NCBI GenBank assembly: GCA_964506245.1
Contig: CAZDKK010000018.1
Coordinates: forward strand, 973 to 64,972
Direction of reading: 5' to 3'
DNA length: 64,000 bases
Origin: an uncultured bacterium
Lineage (GTDB): Bacteria; Eisenbacteria; RBG-16-71-46; CAIMUX01; WJJG01
Shown: positions 1-9,074 of the stretch, piece after piece
Layout of the letters: each line of letters begins with the position of its first letter
Numbering within the stretch: position 1 is the first letter of the stretch
Notes under the pieces: model-generated
The model's database searches: none
Seen by the model: only the letters and a program-made list of their open reading frames with translations
What the model was told of the DNA's origin: nothing
Made by a program: the position numbers and the translations under genes

Positions 1-1113
1 GTCGCCTCCCACTGGGGTGGAACGCGCAACGGGACGATCGTCCGCTGGCCCAAGGGGATCAAGGCGAATGGCCAGATCCGCAGCCAGTTCTGCCACGTGA
101 TCGACGTGGCGCCGACGATCCTGGAAGCGGCCGGCCTCCCGGAGCCGGCCTGCGTCAACGGCGTGCAGCAGAGTCCCCTGGAAGGGACGAGCATGCTCTA
201 CAGCTTCGAAGACGCCAAGGCGCCGGAGCGGCACGAGACGCAGTACTTCGAGATGTTCTGCAATCGCGGCATCTATCACAAGGGATGGAGCGCGGTGACC
301 CGGCATTCCACGCCGTTCATCCCCGTGGAGAAGCTGCTCCCCTTCGACGACGACGTGTGGGAGCTCTACGACGGCAGCAAGGACTGGACGCAGGCGCGCG
401 ACCTGTCGAAAGAGATGCCGGAGAAGCTCCATGAGCTGCAGCGGCTGTGGCTGATCGAAGCCACCAAGTACAACGTCCTGCCACTCGACGACCGCCGGAT
501 TGAGCGTTTCAACCCCGACCTGGCCGGGCGTCCCACCCTGGTCAAAGGTGACTCGCAGCTCCTCTTCGGCGGCATGGGCCGGCTGAACGAGAACTGCGTC
601 GTGGTCATGAAGAACAAGTCCTTTTCGATCACGGCCGAGGTGGAGGTGCCGCAGGCGGGCGCCGAGGGCATCATCCTCGCCCAGGGCGGGGCCTTTGGCG
701 GCCTGAGCCTCTATGCCAAAGGGGGAAAAGCGAAGTTCGCCTACAACCTCCTGGCCGTCAAGATCTTCACGATCGAAGCCAGCGAGCCCATCCCGGTCGG
801 CACGCACCAGGTGCGGATGGAGTTCGCCTACGACGGCGGCGGCCTGGCCGGGGGCGGCAACGTCGCGCTCTACTACGACGGCCGGAAGGTCGGCCAGGGC
901 CGCGTCGAGCAGACCGTGCCCATGCAGTTCTCCGCCGACGAGACGACCGATGTAGGCCGCGAAAGCGGCACGCCTGTCAGCCCCGATTACGACAGGAAGA
1001 CCAGTGTCTTTACGGGCAAGATCCACTGGGTACAGATCGACCTGGGCAAGGACGACCACGACCATCTGATCAGTCCGGAGGAGCGGCTGCGCGTGGCGAT
1101 GACGCGGCAATGA
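1..1113 (+). CDS. Arylsulfatase, C-terminal part (5'-truncated by window edge)
   Basis: Frame open from base 1: SHWGGTRNGTIVRWP...QFCHVIDVAPTILEAAGLP...QYFEMFCNRGIYHKGW...WELYD, plus a C-terminal LamG-like extension (KSFSITAEV...F..DETTDVG); typical of type I arylsulfatases. Confidence 0.9.
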   Translation, partial: VASHWGGTRNGTIVRWPKGIKANGQIRSQFCHVIDVAPTILEAAGLPEPACVNGVQQSPLEGTSMLYSFEDAKAPERHETQYFEMFCNRGIYHKGWSAVTRHSTPFIPVEKLLPFDDDVWELYDGSKDWTQARDLSKEMPEKLHELQRLWLIEATKYNVLPLDDRRIERFNPDLAGRPTLVKGDSQLLFGGMGRLNENCVVVMKNKSFSITAEVEVPQAGAEGIILAQGGAFGGLSLYAKGGKAKFAYNLLAVKIFTIEASEPIPVGTHQVRMEFAYDGGGLAGGGNVALYYDGRKVGQGRVEQTVPMQFSADETTDVGRESGTPVSPDYDRKTSVFTGKIHWVQIDLGKDDHDHLISPEERLRVAMTRQ

Positions 1114-1173
1114 GCGACCCGCGGCCGCGCGGGGAAACAGGTAGAGGAATCGAATCAGGAGGGAGGCCGTAAG

Positions 1174-2700
1174 ATGGCAGACAAGAAACCGAACATTCTC
1201 GTCCTGTATGGCGATGACATCGGCTGCTGGAACATCAGCTACAACAATCGCGGCCAGATGGGCTACCGGACACCGAACATCGACCGCATCGCCCAGGAGG
1301 GCATCGCGTTTACCGACTACTACGGGCAGCAGAGCTGCACGGCCGGCCGCGCTGCCTTCATCACCGGGCAGAATCCGATCCGCACGGGTCTGACGAAGGT
1401 CGGAGCGCCGGGACACAAGCTGGGCCTTATGGCGGAAGATCCAACGATCGCCGACCTGCTCAAGCCGCTGGGGTACGCGACCGCTCAGTTCGGCAAGAAC
1501 CACTTCGGAGACCTGAACGAGTACCTGCCCACCGTCCACGGGTTCGACGAGTTCTTCGGCAACCTCTACCACCTGAACGCGGAAGAGGAGCCCGAGGATC
1601 CGGACTACCCGAAGGACCCGAGGTATCGCCAGGCGATGGGCCCCCGCGGCGTGCTGCGCTGCTCCGCGACGGACCGGGACGATCCGACCGAGCAACCGCG
1701 TTGGGGCCGCGTGGGCAGGCAGAAGATCGAGGACACGGGCCCTCTGACCAAGAAGCGCATGGAGACCTGCGACGAGGAGTTCACCGAGGCGGCCCTCGAC
1801 TTCATCGACCGCGCCCACAAGGCGGGGAAGCCGTTCTTCGTCTGGTGGAACTCCACCGCGATGCACGTCTGGACCCACTGCGCCAAGAAGAACGAGGGGA
1901 AGAGTGGGCAGGGCTTCTACAATGACGTGATGGTGGCCCACGACGAGCTGGTCGGGAAGCTGCTGGCCAAGCTCGATGAGCTGGGCATCGCCGACAACAC
2001 CATCGTGGTCTACTCCACGGACAACGGCCCGCATTTCAACACGTGGCCGGACGCCGCGATCAGTCCCTTCCGCAGCGAGAAGAACACGAACTGGGAAGGC
2101 GGTTGGCGCGTGCCGGCGTTCGCGCGCTGGCCGGGCCACTTCAAGGCCGGCACCGTATTGAACGACATCGTCTGCCATCAGGATTGGCTGCCGACGCTGC
2201 TCGCGGCCGCGGGTGATCCTGAGATCAGTGCGAAGCTGCTGCAGGGCCACAAGGCCGGGGACAAGACGTTCAAGGTCCACATCGACGGCTACAACATGGT
2301 GCCGTATTTCTCGGGTCAGGCGAGGGAGAGCCCGAGGAAGTACTTCGCCTACGTGAACGACGACGGCCAGCTGGTGGCGATGCGCACGGGCGACTGGAAA
2401 GTCGTGTTCGACGAGCAGCGGGCGAAGCAGATGGCCTGCTGGTCCGATCCGTTCGTCCACCTGCGGCTGCCGAAGATCTTCCACCTGCGGCGGGATCCCT
2501 TCGAACGTGCCGACGAGAACTCCAATTCCTACTGGGACTGGGTGCTCAGCCACACGTTCATCATGGGGATGGCCGCGGCGGTCGTGACGACGCTGCTCAA
2601 GTCCCTGGGCGAGTTCCCGCCGCGGCAGAAGCCGGCAACCTTCAACTTGGACAGGGTCCTCGAGGAACTCCAGGAGGCCGCGGGAGGAAGACACCGCTAG
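1174..2700 (+). CDS. Arylsulfatase (formylglycine-type)
   Basis: KPNILVLYGDDIG, catalytic motif SCTAGRAAFITG (CxAxR), GKNHFGD, STDNG, EGGWRVP; RBS GGAGG upstream. Confidence 0.95.
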   Translation: MADKKPNILVLYGDDIGCWNISYNNRGQMGYRTPNIDRIAQEGIAFTDYYGQQSCTAGRAAFITGQNPIRTGLTKVGAPGHKLGLMAEDPTIADLLKPLGYATAQFGKNHFGDLNEYLPTVHGFDEFFGNLYHLNAEEEPEDPDYPKDPRYRQAMGPRGVLRCSATDRDDPTEQPRWGRVGRQKIEDTGPLTKKRMETCDEEFTEAALDFIDRAHKAGKPFFVWWNSTAMHVWTHCAKKNEGKSGQGFYNDVMVAHDELVGKLLAKLDELGIADNTIVVYSTDNGPHFNTWPDAAISPFRSEKNTNWEGGWRVPAFARWPGHFKAGTVLNDIVCHQDWLPTLLAAAGDPEISAKLLQGHKAGDKTFKVHIDGYNMVPYFSGQARESPRKYFAYVNDDGQLVAMRTGDWKVVFDEQRAKQMACWSDPFVHLRLPKIFHLRRDPFERADENSNSYWDWVLSHTFIMGMAAAVVTTLLKSLGEFPPRQKPATFNLDRVLEELQEAAGGRHR

Positions 2701-2718
2701 CGAACCGGAGGCCAGGAG

Positions 2719-3066
2719 ATGCACGAACTGGTCGCGATGGTGGCCGACGGCATCGAGGCTGTCGCCGTGGTGGTCATCGTGGGCGGTATCGTTTACGGTA
2801 TCGCCCGCTGTTTCATTGGCCGGGCCACGGAGCCAGGCCGGGCCTACAGGAATCTCAAGTTCCGGCTGGGGGCGTCCCTGTTGCTCGGTCTTGAGTTCCT
2901 GGTGGCCGGCGATATCATCCGCACGGTGGCGCTCAATCCAACGCTCGACAAGGTGGCGACCCTGGGCGTATTGATCGCCGTCCGCACGTTCCTCAGTTGG
3001 GCCCTGGTGGTGGAGATGGACGGACGCTGGCCGTGGCGGGCCAAAACCGAATCGGAGGGGAGGTGA
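2719..3066 (+). CDS. DUF1622-like small membrane protein
   Basis: LGASLLLGLEFLVAGDIIRTV...LGVLIAVRTFLSWAL..EMDGRWPW matches the DUF1622 pattern (from recall); RBS present. Confidence 0.8.
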   Translation: MHELVAMVADGIEAVAVVVIVGGIVYGIARCFIGRATEPGRAYRNLKFRLGASLLLGLEFLVAGDIIRTVALNPTLDKVATLGVLIAVRTFLSWALVVEMDGRWPWRAKTESEGR

Positions 3067-3072
3067 TCGCGT

Positions 3073-3468
3073 ACGGAAGAGCTGTTTTCCCGCTTCTTCG
3101 GGGATCTGCTGGGGCGGTTGAGCGGACCGATGCAGTTCCGTCTCGTCCTGCAGCCCGTGATGGCAGCCATCTTCGCCGTGCGTAGCGGGCTGAGAGATGC
3201 GCAGGGGGACAAGCCTCCCTATTTCTGGGCGATGTTCACGAACCCTGAGAGTCGCAAGGAGATGCTCCGCGACGGCTGGAAATCCGTCGGGCGCGTCTTC
3301 ATTTTCGGAATCGTCATGGATTCGATCTACCAGTTCATCGTCTTCCACCGCTTCTACCCCGTCGAGGCGCTCGTGGTCGCCGCCATACTGGCCATCATTC
3401 CCTACCTCTTGATCCGGGGCCCCGTGAACCGGCTCGCGCGAGGCAGGTCGAAGAGCACAGCCGCATGA
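3073..3468 (+). CDS. Conserved hypothetical membrane protein; probable start is ACG at 3073
   Basis: Protein-like frame EELFSRFFGDLLGRLSGPMQFRLVLQP begins right after a strong SD (GGAGGTGA, 3059-3066) and an ACG codon; about 3 hydrophobic segments. Confidence 0.65.
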   Translation, partial: TEELFSRFFGDLLGRLSGPMQFRLVLQPVMAAIFAVRSGLRDAQGDKPPYFWAMFTNPESRKEMLRDGWKSVGRVFIFGIVMDSIYQFIVFHRFYPVEALVVAAILAIIPYLLIRGPVNRLARGRSKSTAA

Positions 3469-3551
3469 GCACGAGAGGGAACGCGGTGCCCTTGCCGAGA
3501 CTCGCGGAGTGGCGGTTCCGCATAGCCGACGAGGAGGAGGCGTAGCGCTGC

Positions 3552-4679
3552 ATGCAAGCAGAAGGTCCCGCGCATGACGCCGGACGTGAAGCGATCACCC
3601 GGAGCGGGTATTGGCTGATCGTCATCTGGGCGGCGGCGATCCTGATTCTGTACATTGCGGTCGCGTTCTTGGGCGCGTCTCGTCTCCGGGAGTACGGCGC
3701 GCGAGCCAACAATCGGCTCCAGACCTTCCTCGCTGCGGCAACGGACGAGACCCCGGCCGCGCAACCGTCACCGGACACCTCGACCCCGGCGCCGGTGGCG
3801 GTCTACATCGGCGCGTATTTCAATCAGCTTCAAGATCTCTCCCTCGCGGGATCGAGCTGGAAGGTCGACTTCGACATCTGGTTCCGCTGGCACGGCGAGA
3901 CGGTGGATCCCGGCGAGCGTTTTCAGATCATCAACGGCGCGATCGAGTCGAAAGAGAAACGAGAGTCCTGCGTTCAGGGCGGGGAACGATATGAACGGTA
4001 TCGCGTACTGGCGCGGATCGTGACGCATTTCGACATGAGCCGAATGCCCTTCGGCGGCGGCGCGCTCGGCATTCAGATCGAGGACGGCAGAGACGGGGCC
4101 GATCGGTTGCGGTACGTCGCCGATGGCAGCGACATCGGCATCAATCCCGGCGCCGCCGCCCCCGGTTGGCGGATCGGGAAGGCCAAGGGCTACGTCACGA
4201 ACTATCGTTACCCGTCGCGCTTCGGCGACCCGCGGCTCGCGGAGGGGACATCGGACGTCCGTTCGCGGTACACGTTCGGCTTCTGGGGCGCCTCATCCGG
4301 CTGGGGTACATACACGAAGCTGTTTCAGACCCTCTTCCTGGCGGTCGCCATCGCGTTGATCGCCTTCTTCATCAAGCCGATTCACGTCGATCCGCGCTTT
4401 GGGCTCGGCATCGGCGCCGTCTTCGCAGCCGTCGGCAACAACATCTTCGCGGGGTTTTCGTTGCTGGGCGGGGAGGGCATCACACTCGCACAGATGGTCA
4501 ACGCCGTCGGGCTGATCACGATCTTCCTGACCATCATCCAGTCGGCAGTTTCGTTGTGGATCTTCGATTCCATGGGTCGCGAGCGCTTGTCCCGCGTCTT
4601 CGACCGCGTCTGCTTCGCGGCGTTTCTGGTTGGATACCTGGCTGTGAACCTTGCACTCCCGCTGGCGGCGGGGGGATGA
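3552..4679 (+). CDS. Prokaryotic pentameric ligand-gated ion channel (pLGIC/Pro-loop) homologue with extra N-terminal TM helix
   Basis: VYIGAYFNQL..L.....WKVDFDIWFRW (beta1-beta2), FDMSRMPF (Pro-loop), PGWRI, then four C-terminal hydrophobic helices incl. DPRFGLGIGAVFAAV (M2-like). Confidence 0.7.
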   Translation: MQAEGPAHDAGREAITRSGYWLIVIWAAAILILYIAVAFLGASRLREYGARANNRLQTFLAAATDETPAAQPSPDTSTPAPVAVYIGAYFNQLQDLSLAGSSWKVDFDIWFRWHGETVDPGERFQIINGAIESKEKRESCVQGGERYERYRVLARIVTHFDMSRMPFGGGALGIQIEDGRDGADRLRYVADGSDIGINPGAAAPGWRIGKAKGYVTNYRYPSRFGDPRLAEGTSDVRSRYTFGFWGASSGWGTYTKLFQTLFLAVAIALIAFFIKPIHVDPRFGLGIGAVFAAVGNNIFAGFSLLGGEGITLAQMVNAVGLITIFLTIIQSAVSLWIFDSMGRERLSRVFDRVCFAAFLVGYLAVNLALPLAAGG

Positions 4680-4815
4680 CGATCGCGAGGTTGGGCGGGG
4701 GCCGGTTGGCCGGTAGCATCCCCCCGCCCCCACCGGCCAGCGCAGCAGGCTGACCAGCGGCGCGCAGGCACCCGTGTCAGCCGCCGGCAAGAACCAGTGC
4801 GGCGAAACGCCCGAC

Positions 4816-4830
4816 TGGCGCTACAATTGC
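4816..4830 (+). promoter_or_regulatory. Possible sigma54 (-24/-12) promoter
   Basis: TGGCGCTACAATTGC = GG-N10-GC about 45 nt before the ATG at 4876; also contains TACAAT, so a sigma70 -10 is an alternative. Confidence 0.35.
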
Positions 4831-4875
4831 GTCGTGCGAACCGGGCGACGGTAACCCCTTTTCGGGAGGTTGGTC

Positions 4876-6537
4876 ATGGCATCTTGCCGGCGCGCGGCCC
4901 AGGGGCTCGGGCTCATCTTCACATTGGCGGTCAGCACCACGAGCGCGGCGCAGGCGGTCGACCTCGAGCCCGGTTGGCCGCAGGTCACGGGCTTCAGCGT
5001 GTCCCAGTCGGGCGTGGCGGCGCAGTTCGACACCGACCCGGAATGGGAGATCGGCATTGCCTCCCAGGACGGGTACGCCTACGTATTCAACCACGATGGC
5101 ACCATTCTCTCAGGCTGGCCGCGCTACATGGGGCCGGCCCTCTGGCCCGACCAGTACGCCTACTTCTGCTCCTCGCCCGCCGCGGTGGACCTCGATGAGG
5201 ACGGCCGGGACGAGCTCGTCGTCGGCAACTTCGACGGCCGGCTCTACGCCTTTCGCCGCGACGGCACCGCCATGCCCGGCTTCCCGGTCGCGCTCGCCTT
5301 CATGACCTTCTCGACCCCGGCCTGCGGCGACATCGACGGCGACGGCCGCCTCGAGATCGTGCTGGGCGACAACAATGGCTTCATCTATGCCTTCAACCAT
5401 GATGGCACGATCTGCTCCGGCTTCCCGTACTCGACGCCGTATGTGGTGCGCAATTCGGCAGCGCTGGGGGATCTCGACGGCGACGGGCTCGACGAGATCG
5501 CGATCACCGCGGACAACAGTTCCTACAACCTGGTGGTGCTGGACGGCAACGGCCAGATGATGCCGGGCTTCCCGCGGCTCATCGGCGTATCGGGGGCGGG
5601 CGCCTCGCCCAGCTTCGCAGATATCGACGCCGATGGCCGGCTCGACATCGTCATCGGGGCCCGCGATGGCACCCTCCACTGCCTGCGCGACGACGGCACC
5701 TACCTGCCCGGCTGGCCCATCGACGCCGGCTACTCGACCCACAGCTCGGCCGCGATCGCCAACCTCGACGCCGATCCCGAGCTGGAGTTCGTCCTCGGCA
5801 TGAACGACTCGCAGGTACGCGCCTACAACCACGACGCGACGCTGCTGCCCGGATGGCCGCAGGCGACCTCTTACTCGGTCTTCTCCTCGCCCTCCATCGG
5901 TGATCTGGACGGCGACGGTGCACTCGAGGTCGTGGTCGGAGAGAACACCGGCAAGGTCTACGCGTGGGAGATCGACGGCACACCGTTGCCCGGCTTCCCC
6001 CTCACCGACCCGACCTACACCATCTACTCCTCACCCCTGCTCGAGGATCTCGACCTCGACGGCCACCTCGAGCTGCTGGTGGGCTGCAATGACACGTGGA
6101 TCTACTGCTGGGATCTCGGGCCGGACACCTACAACCCGGACGGGTTGCCCTGGCCGAAGTGGCGCCGCCGCGCCGACAACGACGCGACCGTCCCGCTCAT
6201 CGACCCCGCATCGGTTCACGCGGCGGTCACCACGGGGCAGCGGCTCTCCGTCTGGCCCAATCCGATGTGCGCGACGGCGCACATCTCCTACCGACCGGCC
6301 GCACCTGGACCGGTAGTGCTGACCATCCACGACGCGCAGGGTCGTGCAGTGCGGCGGCTGGCGTCGGCCGCCACGGGGTGTGTGAGCGTGTCGACCGCCG
6401 GGGTGGCGGGCGCCGTCGCATCGCTCACCTGGGATGGGTGCGACGACCATGGTCGGTCCCTGCCCCACGGAATCTATCTGGTGCGCCTCCTGGCGGGGGA
6501 CGTGACGCAGACAGCGCGCGTGCTGGTGCTGCGGTAG
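4876..6537 (+). CDS. Secreted FG-GAP/VCBS repeat beta-propeller protein with C-terminal FlgD-Ig/T9SS-type-A-like domain
   Basis: Signal peptide; repeated SPA.(G/A)D(L/I)D.DG..EIV.G and GWP/GFP motifs; tail VWPNP...IHDAQGRAVRRL...WDGCDDHGRSLPHGIYLVRL...RVLVLR. Confidence 0.9.
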   Translation: MASCRRAAQGLGLIFTLAVSTTSAAQAVDLEPGWPQVTGFSVSQSGVAAQFDTDPEWEIGIASQDGYAYVFNHDGTILSGWPRYMGPALWPDQYAYFCSSPAAVDLDEDGRDELVVGNFDGRLYAFRRDGTAMPGFPVALAFMTFSTPACGDIDGDGRLEIVLGDNNGFIYAFNHDGTICSGFPYSTPYVVRNSAALGDLDGDGLDEIAITADNSSYNLVVLDGNGQMMPGFPRLIGVSGAGASPSFADIDADGRLDIVIGARDGTLHCLRDDGTYLPGWPIDAGYSTHSSAAIANLDADPELEFVLGMNDSQVRAYNHDATLLPGWPQATSYSVFSSPSIGDLDGDGALEVVVGENTGKVYAWEIDGTPLPGFPLTDPTYTIYSSPLLEDLDLDGHLELLVGCNDTWIYCWDLGPDTYNPDGLPWPKWRRRADNDATVPLIDPASVHAAVTTGQRLSVWPNPMCATAHISYRPAAPGPVVLTIHDAQGRAVRRLASAATGCVSVSTAGVAGAVASLTWDGCDDHGRSLPHGIYLVRLLAGDVTQTARVLVLR

Positions 6538-6598
6538 CGAACAACGCTTTCATGGGTGGCAGGCGGCACCCCAGGGAGTGCCGCCAGGACGATCCGCC

Positions 6599-7258
6599 AT
6601 GGGACTGGCCGAAGACGTAGCTCGCTACTACGCGGAGCGCGCGTCCGTCTACGATGAGACTGCCGGGTATGCCGACTCTGAAGCGGAGCGGCTGCGCGAT
6701 CCCATCAAGGCGCGATACCAAGATGCCTTCAGAGGTCACGCCGTTCTCGAGATCGCCTGCGGAACAGGATACTGGACGCGGGTCATCGCTGAGGTGGCCG
6801 CCTCGGTGCTCGCGGTCGACATCCATCCTGCGATGATCGCGCAGGCCAGTCAGCGATGCAGCCACTTGCGCAATGTCAGGTTTCAGACAGCGGATGCGTA
6901 TGTGCTCGACGGTGTGCCTGCCGGATTCAGTGCCGCTCTCGGAGTCTGGTGGTGGTCGCACGTGCCCCGGGAGCGCCTGGCGGCCTTCCTGGCGATCTTG
7001 CACAGCAAGCTCCGGACAGGTGCTCTCGTCCTGTTCGCCGACCAGCTACCGTGCGAAGGGTACCGGCACAGGCAAGACCCGCTGGGGAATACGCTCGAGC
7101 AACGCATGCTGCCGGACGGTCGCTCATTTGAGATCGTGAAGAACTTCCCGACAGAAGCAGAAGTTCGCCGTGTTCTGGCGGACAGCGCGCGCAATGTCGA
7201 GTACGTCCAGCGTCCAGGGGAGGGCAGCTGGAGCGTAACCTACACACTGGGACACTGA
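6599..7258 (+). CDS. Class I SAM-dependent methyltransferase
   Basis: YYAERASVYD, VLEIACGTGYWT (motif I), VLAVD, ADAY, KNFPT. Confidence 0.9.
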   Translation: MGLAEDVARYYAERASVYDETAGYADSEAERLRDPIKARYQDAFRGHAVLEIACGTGYWTRVIAEVAASVLAVDIHPAMIAQASQRCSHLRNVRFQTADAYVLDGVPAGFSAALGVWWWSHVPRERLAAFLAILHSKLRTGALVLFADQLPCEGYRHRQDPLGNTLEQRMLPDGRSFEIVKNFPTEAEVRRVLADSARNVEYVQRPGEGSWSVTYTLGH

Positions 7259-7276
7259 GGTCGCCCGTAAGGGCCA

Positions 7277-7310
7277 GGATGCCGCCCGCGCCGGGGCCGG
7301 GGCGGCATCC
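7277..7310. terminator. GC-rich inverted repeat between convergent genes (possible bidirectional terminator)
   Basis: GGATGCCGCCC (7277-7287) pairs with GGGCGGCATCC (7300-7310); no U-tract. Confidence 0.5.
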
Positions 7311-7323
7311 CCGAGCGCTGCGC

Positions 7324-8004
7324 TCACTTCACCTCGATCGTGGCCTTGAGGAGCGTGAGCGGCTCGGTCGGCTGGCCGTTCTTGCTGCCTGCCTGCTCGA
7401 GCTTCTTGAGCGTATCCATCCCTTCGACGATCTCGCCGAAGATGCTGTACTTGCCATCCAGCCATGGCGCAGGCGCGAAGGTGAGGAAGAACTGGCTTCC
7501 GTCGGTACCCGCCCCGGCGTTCGCCATCGAGAGCAGCCCGGGCTTGTCATGCCTCACGTTGGGGCTGAACTCGCCCTGGTATTTGTATCCGGGGCCTCCG
7601 GTTCCGGTACCGAGCGGGCATCCACCCTGGGCCATGAAGCCGGTGATCACCCGGTGGAACTTGGTCCCGTCGTAGAAGCCCATGCGCGTCAGGTAGATCG
7701 TGCTGGTCACGTGCATGGGCGCGATGTCCGGCCGGAACTTGACGGTGATCGGCCCCTTGTTCGTCTCGAGCTTCCAGAAGTAGCTCTTCCCGGGCGTGAA
7801 GGTGACGACCTCGGGCATGGGAATGTGCGTTCGCCACCCGTCCTGGGCCTTGTCGATCGCGGCCTTGGCGACCTGCGCGTCGATCTTCGCCAGCGTAGCG
7901 TCGGTGGGGCCGCTCTTGTCGGTCCCCGATGATGATCCCTGCTGGGCGGCCGCGGTCACGACCATCGCGCACGCGAGCAGCGTGGTGATCCAAATGGATG
8001 TCAT
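7324..8004 (-). CDS. Secreted cyclophilin-type peptidyl-prolyl cis-trans isomerase
   Basis: FYDGTKFHRVITGFMAQGGCP.GTGTGGPGY, LLSMANAG..TDGSQFFLT, WLDGKYSIFG; signal peptide; SD GGAGGA before the ATG at 8004. Confidence 0.95.
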   Translation of the reverse strand: MTSIWITTLLACAMVVTAAAQQGSSSGTDKSGPTDATLAKIDAQVAKAAIDKAQDGWRTHIPMPEVVTFTPGKSYFWKLETNKGPITVKFRPDIAPMHVTSTIYLTRMGFYDGTKFHRVITGFMAQGGCPLGTGTGGPGYKYQGEFSPNVRHDKPGLLSMANAGAGTDGSQFFLTFAPAPWLDGKYSIFGEIVEGMDTLKKLEQAGSKNGQPTEPLTLLKATIEVK

Positions 8005-8117
8005 CGATTCCTCCTGCTTCTCTGAGGTTGGGTCTGTCCATGTGACTGCGGGTGACTCTACCCGGCCTGCGCTCCCCCGGCAATGGCGATGGCAACCGCT
8101 GGGCGATGCCGCGAGGT

Positions 8118-8220
8118 CGACGAATGTGCACCGGAACTGCACTCCTCGCACGCGGACGCTTGACCCTCGACGGGCAAATGCGCCCGTCTCTACGTGCTCC
8201 TCGCGTGGCACGGTTCCTGC
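8118..8220 (+). promoter_or_regulatory. sigma54 promoter with paired upstream activator-like sites (copy 1)
   Basis: TGGCACGGTTCCTGC at 8206-8220; 13-bp sites CGACGAATGTGCA (8118-8130) and TGCACTCCTCGCA (8138-8150). Confidence 0.65.
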
Positions 8221-9074
8221 GCAGTTCACCTCCCGTCGGATGTCACCCCGGAACGTACGACGCATGATCACCGGCGCGCATCCACTTCGAACCCAGTGAT
8301 AGGACGATCGGAGACGACAATTATGTCAAGACGATCGCCCGACTGACCGGAGCTCGATCTGAGGACGCGGGGGCTCGCCACGCCGGCGGCACTGTATGCC
8401 GGCCGCCGCACCCGAGTTCCGGTAGCGTAGTGACACCGCCGACATCACCTAGGAGTGGTCCCGAAGTGCCCTGGCTCTGCGCCAGCCGCCTCTTGGCCGC
8501 GGCGGCAACTCGGCGAGCCATCGGGTGATAGTCACGCTTCTTCGGTCTGCCTCCTGGAACTTTCGTACTCCTGCATGAGTCGGCTCTGCTCGAAGCCCGG
8601 GCTCATGCCGCGGACTGCTCGCCGGAGCACCTCCGCCGGGACGTCCGGTAGGGGGACCGAACATCCCCCATGCCATGGCCTGCGCCTCTGAATCGCGCCT
8701 GCTCGACCACTGTTCTAGAGATCCGATTGTCACAACGTGTTGCATGCGCGGCGACATTCACAGGCGCGAACACACCTCGCCAGATGGAGCGCGGATCGAC
8801 AGCGCGGCGAGGAAGTCGCGAGGGTGGACGCGCGCGGGTCACAGCGACCCGCCCTTTGCGGCCGGAGTGCAGAAGTACGAAGGAACGACCGTGGGAGGCA
8901 GCCGGTACGATCCCGTTCCACTGCAGGGTGTGACTCTGCCCACCGGAAGCTCGAATGCGAGCTCCGCCCGGAAAAGAATGGACACAGGAGTGCCCTTGCC
9001 TCTTGAAGCTGGTCGTGCTACTCATGGATTGCTCCTGTCGCCCGCGGTTGAGTTCACAGTCTTGGGAGGTCGCA

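Noticed and set aside
3064-3066. Sec or readthrough fusion of DUF1622 with the next in-frame membrane ORF
   Set aside because: There is no Cys-like context and no SECIS-like hairpin. A strong SD overlapping the stop argues for separate initiation.
8323-8430. MSRRSPD-TGA-PELDL... as another selenopeptide
   Set aside because: The readthrough product is short and not protein-like, has no redox motif, and there is no hairpin resembling the SECIS at 24-25 kb.
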